Notes under the pieces: model-generated
Told to the model about the DNA's origin: nothing
What the model saw: the letters and a program-made list of their open reading frames with translations, nothing else
The model's database searches: none
Part shown: in pieces, positions 13,274 through 25,037 of the stretch
How the letters are laid out: each line of letters begins with the position of its first letter
How positions within the stretch are numbered: the stretch's first letter is position 1
Origin: Utricularia gibba
Taxonomy: Eukaryota; Plantae; Magnoliophyta
Length of the DNA stretch: 64,000 nucleotides
Reading direction: 5' to 3'
Assembly: GCA_002189035.1 (NCBI GenBank)
Contig: NEEC01000016.1
Location: 2,565,908 to 2,629,907, forward strand
Program-made: the position numbers and the translations under genes

Positions 13274-14477
13274 TGTAACGACGACCTGCACCCTATACGC
13301 TAAGGCCATTACTGACACCTAACACTCAGTATTGGTGTCCCAATCGTTATGGGGTGGGTTAGGAACGTGGTTGAGGGTGCATTCCTCCCTTGCCACACCG
13401 CCATTCCTGGCACCTAGCGATCCCCGGCAGCATCCCTAGCCGGATCCTTTCGCCAAGACTCACCAAACAGCACAAGGAGCGAAGTAGATATTTTATTAAG
13501 TCAAGACAATTCAAGGTTCCACACCAGGCGGCAAGCCTAGGCACACGGCGCCACAACACAAAGGAAGAACGAACACAACCAGCAAGGAAATAGAGCTAAG
13601 TCACGAAGAGAGAAGTAAGACAGCAAGTCTCGCCACACAGCCATCCACCACACATCCTAGTGATCACGCCTCACTCAACATCCACCTCCGCTGCACCCGC
13701 CTCGCCATCAGCCATGCCACCTACACAGGAAAGAGTAAGGGAAGTCAGTCCTATGCCACACGGCTCCCTCCCTAAGCCTAAACTACACATATTCACGAAG
13801 TTTCCCATCCGCACGATCCATCACTGCTGTTCGCACACGCTGCCCCCGCGAGGCATCTCCGTAACTTCTCGTATCGGCTCGCAGCCCATCATAGGCATCT
13901 CCGATGTTCTCGTAATCAATCCGAACACCTTTCCACACAGAATCCTACACGTTTGGCACCTCTCCCACTGAGCACAAGTGCTCAGTGTTGCCGCCATGAC
14001 CGTAGTTCGATGGCCTCGCTTATTGCTCGCATGGCCTCACGATCCGCGGCTTCGCCGCGTTGCCATTGGGGGTGCACTCCCCAATCCTGCCGTAGCTCAC
14101 AACCCCTCGATCACACAGCGAGGACTTTTAAGAACAAGACCATATCTCCACACACGAAGTTAGCTTCCACCAATCTGTCCCGCAGCGCAATTACACTATA
14201 AAGCCCTTACCTTTGTGCGTTTTTTGTCTTCCTCTTGGTGTGGCTGCCGTCCCTCTCAGCTGGTGTCCCTTCCAAGGGCTCTAGCCCTTCTACTTATACC
14301 CGTAATTCGTCCTATCGGGTCCATCCTAAGCCCGTCGGGTCTACCCGGAAGACACGCAAGTCTAAGGGTTGTTCACAAGTACCCTCCCTTGTTCACAAGT
14401 CTAAGCCCGTCGGGTCTACCCCTTACCATGACCGCATCTTTGTCTCTTTTCTGAGGATTTGGGTCGGGGGTGTTACA
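13274..14477. mobile_element. solo LTR family Y, copy Y1 (Tekay/Del-like termini)
   Basis: TGTAACGACG...GGGTCGGGGGTGTTACA, 6-bp terminal inverted repeat, flanked by TTGT/TTGT (apparent 4-bp TSD, or CTTGT with one base lost). Orientation and lineage not certain. Confidence 0.8.
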
Positions 14478-14592
14478 TTGTGGTGCGGGTTCATACGCAC
14501 ACAGGTGTGGTTAACGCATAAACCACGCTCGTGTGGCGTTGTCATGCTGTTGGGTGTGTCTGCCAGCGTAAACCACGCCCGTGTGGCCTTGT
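14478..14592 (-). repeat. GC-motif copies of the old repeat, resuming after Y1
   Basis: Collinear with uninterrupted 11875-11985. Confidence 0.85.
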
Positions 14593-15435
14593 TAACGACT
14601 GGCCTGCACCCTAGACGCTAAGGCCATTACCGACACCCAACACTCAGCATAGGTGTCCCAATCATTATGGGGTGGGTTAGGGACGCGTGTGAGGGTGCAT
14701 TTCCGTCGTCACCACACCTCCACTCCTTGCACTTGGTGATCCTTGGCGGCCTCTCTCGCCAGATCCTTTCGCCATGCCTCACCGAACTGCGCAAGTAAGG
14801 AAATAGAGATTTTATTAAGCCACGAGAATCAAGGTTCCACACTGGGCGGCAAGCCCAGGCGCACCCCGCCCCAACACGAAGGGAAACGAACACAACCAGC
14901 AAGGAAAGAAAACTAAGTCACGAAAAAGGAAAAATAAGGCAGCAAACCTCGCCATGCATCGAGCCATCACACAACCCAGCGATCACGCCTCACTCCACAT
15001 CCTCCTTTGCCGCAACCGCCTCGCGATTAGCCATGCCACCTACACAGGAAAGAGTAAGGAAAGTCAGTCCCATGACACTAGGCTCCCTCGGTAAGCCTAG
15101 GTTACACATATTTACGAAGTTTCTTGAAATATCGCAACGCTTGCGACACACTGCCCCCGCGAGGCATCTCTGTAGCCCCTCGTATAGGCATGCTGTCCAC
15201 TCAAAGCATTTCCGATGTTCTCGTAACCAGTCCCAGCACCAATCCACACAGTAACATACACGTTGACCTTTCGCACTGAGCACAAGTGCCTCAGTGTTGC
15301 CGCCATGACCGTAGTTCGATGGCCCCGCTTAGTGCTCGTGTGGCACTACCACCCACGGTTACACCGCATTGCCATTGGAGGTGCACTACCAAATCCCGCC
15401 GCAGTTCATCATACCCTGATCACACAGCGAGGTGC
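14593..15435. mobile_element. family Y LTR, copy Y2, truncated by CRM-like LTR
   Basis: Collinear with Y1 from (TG)TAACGAC to CACACAGCGAGG; visibly diverged from Y1. Confidence 0.85.
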
Positions 15436-15979
15436 TGATGTGACCCTCTAATGTATATAGATTAGCAACCCAAAGAACAAGAGGTGATTTTGAAGCCTAG
15501 AAAGGAACCCACCCAAGTCTACCCTCAAGAGAATCAATCTCTTGCAACCAGACTTTGAAAAGAAGGGAAATTTAGGAGCCACACTTCAGAAAGAGTTGGA
15601 ATTGGAAGTGATAATCCTAAGACACCACAAGCTCGAAGCTTGATAAGTCTAGAGTGTTCAAGCTCTCAAAGAAGAGGAGAATCCTCATAACATACATCAA
15701 ATGACTAAAGGTCCTGAAATAGAACATCTCTAGAGTATTTATACTTTAGAATTGGGCTCTAACATTATATAGCCCAAACTAAATGAAATAGAAAAGTCTA
15801 ACAAGCCCAATGCTTTGATTCCAATGGTATTGAGTAGAGCCTTAAGTGTATCTTCAACCATTTTTGTCTTGCTCCTAGTCATTGGTTCTAGTGGAATCAT
15901 CTTTTTTTCTAATGTGTTCACTTGGACAAACTCCTCATCATTCTTCAAATACACTTCATTATCTTCCTGGGGCTCATCA
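15436..15979 (-). mobile_element. CRM-like (centromeric chromovirus) LTR without matching TSD
   Basis: TGATG..CATCA termini; minus strand begins TGATGAGCCCC and encodes DEPQEDNE..PMTRSKTKMVEDTLKALL (CR-motif-like integrase tail inside the LTR); flanks GGTGC / AAGCA differ. Confidence 0.8.
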
Positions 15980-16379
15980 AAGCATGCGTAAGGAATACCT
16001 AAGCATAGATGTCATTCAACCTAGGAAGCATGATATGGGGCGGACTCAACAGATAAAAGCACAAGCATAGAAAATAAAACATACGAAAAGTTGTCCAAAT
16101 ACGGTAACGAAAGATAGTTCGTTTAATAGAGAAGAGCTCCTTCCCCACACTTAATTCTAAGGATGTCCTCATCATCAAGCATGGTGGAGGGTACCTTGTC
16201 ATCAAGCATGATGGCACTGCAAAGAGGTGACCAAGGTGTCCAGTTTGGACGACAATGTGGTGATCTGGTGCTGCAGATCTTGAAGAGCCAGCAGGAGTGT
16301 GCGTTTGTCCAGAGATGCAGGGGCAGCCGTTAGAGGAGTCACCATATGGTTCTACAATGGTGTGCGGCATCACGGTGGT

Positions 16380-17895
16380 CTTACTCTTCGTCCCAGCTTG
16401 GACGAAAACGGCACGGCCTCCAGCTTCCTTGAGGTAACTGCACTGAAAAAGATCAACTAAATCAAGGTATCACAAATGGGCGTCTACCTTAGGTGTGCTG
16501 GCAATGAGGTCCATATTAAGATGCATCGCGAGCTTAGTGATGAGGGATGCGAATGGAAGCACTCGTTCGCTACGCGATGCTACACGATTCATGTGCATAG
16601 CAATCTACCAGCCAAGGTTGATTAGGATCTTCTTCATCATGGCCCAGAGGAAGAACACTACCACCTTGGAGACCACACTGGTGCCTTGGCGAGTGGCAGA
16701 ATAGCATCCTCCGAGATACCTGTTCAAAACTAACAGCGCAGGAGCCCTCAAGTGATAGGCCTTGAGTTTGGAACTAAGAAAGGGTGGTTCACACACAGAC
16801 ATGGAACCATAATCGCAGCAGGCTTGCAAATAACGAGCAGAAGTAAGTTCAGTTTCAGACATCAAGCCAAGTGCAACATTAAAATCATTAACAGAGAGTT
16901 CAAAATCTTTCCCACCCAGCCGAAAGGAAATGAGGGGTTCAGCAATAGGGTTCCCTTCCACATCATTAAAAGCAAAAGTAGCATAGAACTCGAAAACTAA
17001 TTTTTGGGAAAACAGGAAGTTCAATTTCGGAAAGCCAACGCCATTCGGGTGAAAACTCAAACATACGGTTAATGTCATTTGTCAAATTCAGATGTGCTAA
17101 CGTAGGAGCATGTAGACGGAAGGCAAACAAAATACGGCGACTAGTTAAAGCATTGAAAAGGGCTTGGGATTTCTTGTTTGGAAACCTTACAGTGTTCCGG
17201 AGTTCGGTCTAGGCAGGAGACTCCAGTAAGCAGTCTTGCCAGAATTTTTGTCGCCCACGTTGTCCTTTGCCACGCTGCCTGCTTGTTTGGCCAGCGTTGA
17301 TGGCTTGCTCCCTGTCTTGGAATGTTAGTGGTGGTCCTTCGTTAGCGGCTCCATGCATTGCTGCAATCAAGAAATCCACTTCAGAATCAATATCATCATC
17401 CTCACCTTCCCCTTCCTCCTGAGGTGAGCGTCTGTGTTCAGCAGCTGGTGGACTAGCTTCCTCTTTCACTTCTGTGTCCCCATCTTCTTCCTCCAGGTCG
17501 TCCAGTCGGAAATCTTCATCGGAGCTGTCGGTATGATCCTTGGGTGCAACTGGGTCTTACTCCGGTGTCTCCTCTACAACAGGTTCTCGTGTGGCTTCTC
17601 TCTCCTGGGCTGCAGCGGGCATTTCCTGGTCTGCCGAAGAATCCGCGTCTTTCTATGGATGGTACAAAACAGGAGGGAGTTCAGCTAAAGGGACTTGTGA
17701 AAATAGTGGAGAAATCTCCCAGGATGAAGTTTTTGGTGGAGGCACAAACTGGCGTTTGTGAGGTCTGGGTGAGGGCGAAGCAGAATGCTGTCGGTTCCTC
17801 CGTGATGGACCTTCAGTGGCGGCCTTGCGTTGCCTAGCTGTGCTGGGTTTCCTAACAGGGGTACGAAGAGATGAAGCAGAGGATGTTCCCTTCAT
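16380..17895 (-). pseudogene. Athila env-like extra ORF remnant
   Basis: ORF pieces 17653-17895, 17209-17469, 16605-17078 (LVFEFYATF, ISFRLGGKDFELSVNDFNVALGL), downstream of INT. Confidence 0.7.
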
Positions 17896-17908
17896 GGCTA
17901 GTGGTTAC

Positions 17909-18497
17909 TGATGTGACCCTCTAATCTATAGAGATTAGCAACCCACAAAAAAGAGGTGATTTTGAAACTTAGAAGAGAACCCACCCAAGTCTACCCTCAA
18001 GAGAATAAATCTCTTGCAACCAGACTTCGAAACAAAGAAAATTAGGAGCCACACTTCAGAAAAGAGAGATTGATTGGAAGTGATAATCCTAGAACGCCAC
18101 AAGCTCAAAGCTTGATAACTTAAGAGTGTTCAAGCACTCAAAGGAGAGGGGAATCCTCACAAGATACATCCTGAATTAGTACATCTCTAGAGTATTTATA
18201 CTCTAGAATTGGGCTCTAACATTACATAGTCCAAACTAAATGAAATAGAAAAGTCTAACAAGCCCAATGCTCTAAGTTAAGTCCATCTTCAAGTAGTTGA
18301 GCTCTTTTGATGGGATGTCTTCAAGCCCATGTTTGATTCCAATGGTATTGAGTAGACCCTTAAGTGTATCTTCAACCATCTTTTTCTTGCTCCTAGTCAT
18401 TGGTCCTGGTGGAATCATCTTTCTTTCTAATTTGTTCACTTGAACAAACTCCTCATCATTCTTCAAATACACTTCATTATCTTCTTGGGGCTCATTA
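17909..18497 (-). mobile_element. CRM-like solo LTR (589 bp) with perfect TSD
   Basis: TGATG...CATTA termini, TSD GTTAC at 17904-17908 and 18498-18502; encodes IPPGPMTRSKKKMVEDTLKGLL on minus strand. Confidence 0.9.
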
Positions 18498-18862
18498 GTT
18501 ACGATGGGTCGCAAGGGTGAGGAAGAAGGTAAACTGGTAATCGGCAGAAGAGGGGAATGCCTTACGGAAAAGTGGGGAAAGTGATAGAAGTAGTGGTGTG
18601 AATGGGAAATGGGTAGTTATGGTGAGAGGAGGGTCCCAAGGAGGATAATCATGGGGGAAAGGAAAGCAAAATTTTAATGTCTTTCGGTAATGATGTGTGG
18701 GATAGTGTGTAATCCCAACAGAATCCTAGGGAACCTCCAACGTCCGACAAAACTAAAAAAGGAAAGAGAAAATTAACTCATTGGTTGCCTCCCGTGCAGC
18801 GCCAATTTAAAGTCGTTGGCCGACTTGGTATGCTACTGATAATCCTCAATTAAGAGCAAACA

Positions 18863-20058
18863 TCAAGCTGTTTGCGGCTGAAAGTTCTCATAATACGGTT
18901 TCAACCTATGGCCATTGACCTTGAAACATTTCCCTGTCTCATAAGAACGTATAACAACAGCACCATAAGGGAAAACATGTGAAACTTCATAAGGTCCTTG
19001 CCATTTAGATCTCAGTTTTCCAAGAAAAAATTTCAAAGTGGTATTATATAAAAGAACTTTCTGACCAACTCGAAATTTCTTCTCATGCAACTTACTGTCA
19101 TGAAAGTGTTTTACCTTCTCCTTGTAGATCATGTGATTGGAGTAGGCATTCAAGCGGATTTCCTCTAATTCGTTCAGATCAAGTATTCTCTTTTCTCCTG
19201 CTTGATCACTAATCATGTTGCATGCTTTGACGGCCCAGTACGCTTTGTGATAAATCTCCACTGGAAGGTGGCAAGACTTTCCATAGATCATGCAAAAGGG
19301 AGACATTCCAATGGGATTTTTGTATGCTGTGCGGTAGGCCCATAACGCATCATTCAGTCTGAGACTCTAGTCTCTTCTGGTTGGATTCACTGTTCGTTCC
19401 AGGATGTGTTTGATCTCTGGATTTGAGTTTTCAGCCTGTCCATTAGTCTAAGGATGCCTAGCTGTAGAAAGACGATGATGAACTCCAAATTTTGTTAGCA
19501 TAGCGCTTATGACATGGTTCACGAAGTGAGTACCTCGATCAGAAAAGAGAATCTTAGGATAACCGAACCTAGGGAAAATGTGAGAAGTCAAGAAATAGCT
19601 TACAGTCCTCGCGTCATCTTTCTCACATGCCCTGGCCTCGACCCACTTAGAAACGTAATCAACAGCAAGAAGGATATAAACCTTTCCCTTTAATGAAGGG
19701 AATGGTCCCATGAAGTTAATACCCCAAGCATCGAAAATTTCACACATCACGATGGGCTGAAGTGGTATTTGGTAATTGGGGCATGCCTTGCAATCAAGGT
19801 ATGCATCTCAGAAAAGAGTAGGCCAATAGAAGCCAGCTTCCAAGACCTTGTTAACTGTGATCTTGGGACCAAAATGACCCCCACAAGACAGTTCATGACA
19901 ATGAGTAAGAATTTAGGGTTTGATCAGGCCCAATCTTCCACAGGTATGGGTCATCCCAAATGTAGTGCATACTGTCACTTCGCAACTTCTCCTATTGATG
20001 AGGCTGGAAGTCTTACGGGAAATGGCATGTTACAAGAAAATTCACAATGTCTGCGTAC
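18863..20058 (-). pseudogene. Athila-like integrase remnant
   Basis: [51 protein letters not shown]; frameshifts. Confidence 0.92.
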
Positions 20059-20252
20059 TGTTGGAGATCAATCTCAATCCAAAGTTTGAAGGTGATTGGA
20101 AGCACTAATCTTGTGTCATAATGTTATATTTCAGATAAAAGGTGTTGAGTTCGAGCATGGAAGTGTTGGATTCGAGTTGTTGGGCTTTTTGTGTGTTTTC
20201 AATAATTGTGGCCCACTGTTGGGTAACCTAGGTATTGGGTATATATAAACCC
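20059..20252 (+). repeat. truncated copia LTR (5' portion)
   Basis: TGTTGGAGATC start, ends just after TATATATAAACCC where a second LTR starts. Confidence 0.88.
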
Positions 20253-22440
20253 TGTTGGAGATCAGCCTCAATCCAAAGTTTGAAGGTGATTGGAAGCACT
20301 AATCTTGTGTCATAATGTTATATTTCAGATTAAAAAGGTGTTGAGTTCGAGCATGGAAGTGTTGGATTCGAGTTGTTGGGCTTTTTGTGTGTTTTCAATA
20401 ATTGTGGCCCACTTGGGTATATATAAACCCTACTAGGAATGCGTGAATAAGGGTTTTGGTCATTCTTATTGTTCATGAGTCGTTTTTCATCCAAGGTGAT
20501 CTCAGAAGTATTACCTTTTTGTTACTTCTCAAGACTCTCTTTTTCTTGCATCAACATGGTATCAGAGCAGTAAGGTTCTCAAACCTGTGCTCGTTTCAGT
20601 ATTTTATTTACCGTTCAGCGTTTTTTACTTGGTGGATTACAAAGTATCAACCCAAAGCTTTTGAAGCGGTGGCTATGATGGCATCTGGTAGAGGACCTCC
20701 AATATTTGATGGTTCAGGGTATGGAAGCTGGGTCAAAAATATGCGCAACTACCTGCGGGTCAGAAAGATTTGGGATGTTGTCGAAAGGGAGATTCCGGCG
20801 ATTACAATAACAAGCAAATACACATCAGAACAGCAAGAGCCACCTGAATATCTTCAACAGAGAAAAGATGAAGTAATGGATGCCTTGTATCAAGCCATCT
20901 CTGAACATCTATTTGATAATATTGCAGAGTGTCAATCAGCAAAAGAAATATGGGATACTCTCAAATCCCATTATGAAGGTGATGCCAAACTGAGAGAAAT
21001 ATTATGCAAAAACAAGTTGGAGGACTTTGAGAGGAACAAAATGTTAGACAATGAAACCATACAAGTCTATTATGAACGTACTGCGAAGCTTGTGAAGGAG
21101 ATTCGAGGATTGGGGAAACAACTTGAGGATCAAAAGGTGATTAGCAAGGCAATCATGAGCCTACCTGCAAGATTCGAGCCAAAGTTATGTGCACTTGAGA
21201 CAGAAAGAAGAATCCTTGACATTATTGAAGGAAAGCTCCATCAGTTATATCCTGAATATCCTGTTACACCAGAGCCAACATTTAGAGAGTTCATGATTGA
21301 GTTGCAATCTACAAAAAAGAGATTGGAGCTAAGAGATGGTTATGAAGTTGAGAAAACTTATGGTGAAGCTGCTCTCCTCACCAAAATGCAGAATATGAAT
21401 ATAAACTCAGGTGCAATTAACAATGTCAAGGATGTCAAATCAACAGCCATCAAACAATCACCAACGTCAATCCCCACATCAACGATGGGCAATCAGAAGT
21501 GCAGGCATTGTGACAAATCCAACCATAAGAGTGAAGATTGTTGGACTTTAAGCACAAATGCTTGCAAGCATTGTAACAAACAGAATCACAGGAGTGAGTT
21601 TTGTTGGTGGAAGCCTGATGCTTTGTGCACGAAATGCAATCAAAGAGGCCATCTTGACAAGGTATGTGGAATGTCAAATCCAATAAAAGTTGAGCATAAC
21701 AAGAAGGCTACTTCCAGGGAAGAGAAATCACATGCATCCTTTACCTACTTTGAAGATGAGCCAGAAATATCTTTTGAAGATCCTTTTGAGTATGAGTGTG
21801 CTCTAATGACAGTAGCCTCAGATGCTAAAGGCTGGTACTTGGACTCTGGCGCCTCCTATCATGTATGTTGTGATACAAGGTCATTTCTCAAGCTTGAAAG
21901 GATTGGGAAGGAGGTAAGCACGTGCACTGGTGAAAATATTGGCATTGTGGGCAAAGGAAGCATTTTACTCTTGCTAAAAGAAGGAATTGTTCAAGTTGGT
22001 GATGTTTATTATTCACCAAACCTCAAACAGAACCTGTTGAGCTTTGGCCAATTGAGCAGGCAAGGTTTTGACATTGAGCTGATGAAAGATGCTGGTGGTA
22101 TAACCACTACAGTTAAGGTTGCTGATCCAAAAACGAAGATTGAATTCCATGCTGTGTTGACCACCTACAACCTCTACCAAATCATGGTCAGTGATCATAA
22201 AAGTTGTATTTTCTCACTTCAAGATCAAAGCAGCCTTTGGCACAAATGTTTTGGGCACTATAATTTCAACAATCTGAAAATATTGCAGAAGAATAAGGAT
22301 GTACTGGAATTGAAAGACATCAAGTTTGCTAATGCCATACGTGAAGTGTGTCATCAAGGTAAACAGTGTAGAAAGCCCTATTATTCCAGTGATTCAGTAG
22401 CAAAGGAGAAATTAGAGCTTGTGCATACAGATGTTTGTGG
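20253..22440 (+). mobile_element. copia copy A: 5' LTR (20253-20556), PBS, gag-PR-GAG-pre-integrase, truncated
   Basis: LTR TG..CA, PBS TGGTATCAGAGC, ORF from ATG 20675 with gag, CCHC knuckles, WYLDSGASYH protease; stops abruptly at HTDVCG. Confidence 0.95.
20557..20568 (+). promoter_or_regulatory. primer-binding site (initiator tRNA-Met)
   Basis: TGGTATCAGAGC directly after LTR end CA; mirror copy at 24724-24735 on minus strand. Confidence 0.93.
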
Positions 22441-25037
22441 TGTTGATGCAAGAAAAAGAGTCTTGGGAAGTAACAAAAAGGTAATGCTTCTGACATTCAA
22501 CTTGGAGAAACTTATTGTAGGAGCCTTGTTTCTTTTGCTTCTTGACATATCAAGGATTGTTCTGTCAGATATACCATTCTGTTGTGGAGAATATGGTACG
22601 GTGAATTGATGCATGATTCCCTCATTTTCACAGAACATTCTCATGCTATTATTGTAGAATTCGCCTCCATTGTCTGATCTAATCATCTTCAAAGAGCATC
22701 CACTCTGATTCTCAACCATCACTTTGAATTTTCGAAAGATATGAGGAACTTCTAACTTGCTTTTAAGAAAGTAAACCCAACAATAACGTGAATAATCATC
22801 AATGAATGTAACAAAGTATCTACTCCCCCTAATGAACATTCCTTAAATGGTCCACAAACATCTGTATGCACAAGCTCTAATTTCTCCTTTGCTACTGAAT
22901 CACTGGAATAATAGGGCTTTCTACACTGTTTACCTTGATGACACACTTCACGTATGGCATTAGCAAACTTGATGTCTTTCAATTCCAGTACATCCTTATT
23001 CTTCTGCAATATTTTCAGATTGTTGAAATTATAGTGCCCAAAACATTTGTGCCAAAGGCTGCTTTGATCTTGAAGTGAGAAAATACAACTTTTATGATCA
23101 CTGACCATGATTTGGTAGAGGTTGTAGGTGGTCAACACAGCATGGAATTCAATCTTCGTTTTTGGATCAGCAACCTTAACTGTAGTGGTTATACCACCAG
23201 CATCTTTCATCAGCTCAATGTCAAAACCTTGCCTGCTCAATTGGCCAAAGCTCAACAGGTTCTGTTTGAGGTTTGGTGAATAATAAACATCACCAACTTG
23301 AACAATTCCTTCTTTTAGCAAGAGTAAAATGCTTCCTTTGCCCACAATGCCAATATTTTCACCAGTGCACGTGCTTACCTCCTTCCCAATCCTTTCAAGC
23401 TTGAGAAATGACCTTGTATCACAACATACATGATAGGAGGCGCCAGAGTCCAAGTACCAGCCTTTAGCATCTGAGGCTACTGTCATTAGAGCACACTCAT
23501 ACTCAAAAGGATCTTCAAAAGATATTTCTGGCTCATCTTCAAAGTAGGTAAAGGATGCATGTGATTTCTCTTCCCTGGAAGTAGCCTTCTTGTTATGCTC
23601 AACTTTTATTGGATTTGACATTCCACATACCTTGTCAAGATGGCCTCTTTGATTGCATTTCGTGCACAAAGCATCAGGCTTCCACCAACAAAACTCACTC
23701 CTGTGATTCTGTTTGTTACAATGCTTGCAAGCATTTGTGCTTAAAGTCCAACAATCTTCACTCTTATGGTTGGATTTGTCACAATGCCTGCACTTCTGAT
23801 TGCCCATCGTTGATGTGGGGATTGACGTTGGTGATTGTTTGATGGCTGTTGATTTGACATCCTTGACATTGTTAATTGCACCTGAGTTTATATTCATATT
23901 CTGCATTTTGGTGAGGAGAGCAGCTTCACCATAAGTTTTCTCAACTTCATAACCATCTCTTAGCTCCAATCTCTTTTTTGTAGATTGCAACTCAATCATG
24001 AACTCTCTAAATGTTGGCTCTGGTGTAACAGGATATTCAGGATATAACTGATGGAGCTTTCCTTCAATAATGTCAAGGATTCTTCTTTCTGTCTCAAGTG
24101 CACATAACTTTGGCTCGAATCTTGCAGGTAGGCTCATGATTGCCTTGCTAATCACCTTTTGATCCTCAAGTTGTTTCCCCAATCCTCGAATCTCCTTCAC
24201 AAGCTTCGCAGTACGTTCATAATAGACTTGTATGGTTTCATTGTCTAACATTTTGTTCCTCTCAAAGTCCTCCAACTTGTTTTTGCATAATATTTCTCTC
24301 AGTTTGGCATCACCTTCATAATGGGATTTGAGAGTATCCCATATTTCTTTTGCTGATTGACACTCTGCAATATTATCAAATAGATGTTCAGAGATGGCTT
24401 GATACAAGGCATCCATTACTTCATCTTTTCTCTGTTGAAGATATTCAGGTGGCTCTTGCTGTTCTGATGTGTATTTGCTTGTTATTGTAATCGCCGGAAT
24501 CTCCCTTTCGACAACATCCCAAATCTTTCTGACCCGCAGGTAGTTGCGCATATTTTTGACCCAGCTTCCATACCCTGAACCATCAAATATTGGAGGTCCT
24601 CTACCAGATGCCATCATAGCCACCGCTTCAAAAGCTTTGGGTTGATACTTTGTAATCCACCAAGTAAAAAACGCTGAACGGTAAATAAAATACTGAAACG
24701 AGCACAGGTTTGAGAACCTTACTGCTCTGATACCATGTTGATGCAAGAAAAAGAGAGTCTTGAGAAGTAACAAAAAGGTAATACTTCTGAGATCACCTTG
24801 GATGAAAAACGACTCATGAACAATAAGAATGACCAAAACCCTTATTCACGCATTCCTAGTAGGGTTTATATATACCCAAGTGGGCCACAATTATTGAAAA
24901 CACACAAAAAGCCCAACAACTCGAATCCAACACTTCCATGCTCGAACTCAACACTTTTTATCTGAAATATAACATTATGACACAAGATTAGTGCTTCCAA
25001 TCACCTTCAAACTTTGGATTGAGGCTGATCTCCAACA
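22441..25037 (-). mobile_element. copia copy B: internally deleted element (5' LTR 24736-25037, PBS, gag, PR, part of INT, last ~55 bp of 3' LTR)
   Basis: Reverse complement of copy A continuing into INT, then two deletions (after DMSR; after KLN) joining to TCAGAAGCATTACC..GCATCAACA; RT, RH and PPT absent. Confidence 0.93.

Noticed and set aside
17895-17909. CRM-like solo LTR inserted 13 bp upstream of the env-like ATG as a new promoter
   Set aside because: The env-like ORF is broken by stops and frameshifts, so no functional consequence can be supported.
20456-20674. N-terminal extension of the 717-aa and 694-aa ORFs
   Set aside because: Starts at a non-ATG codon inside the LTR and reads through the PBS; the real gag start is most likely ATG 20675.
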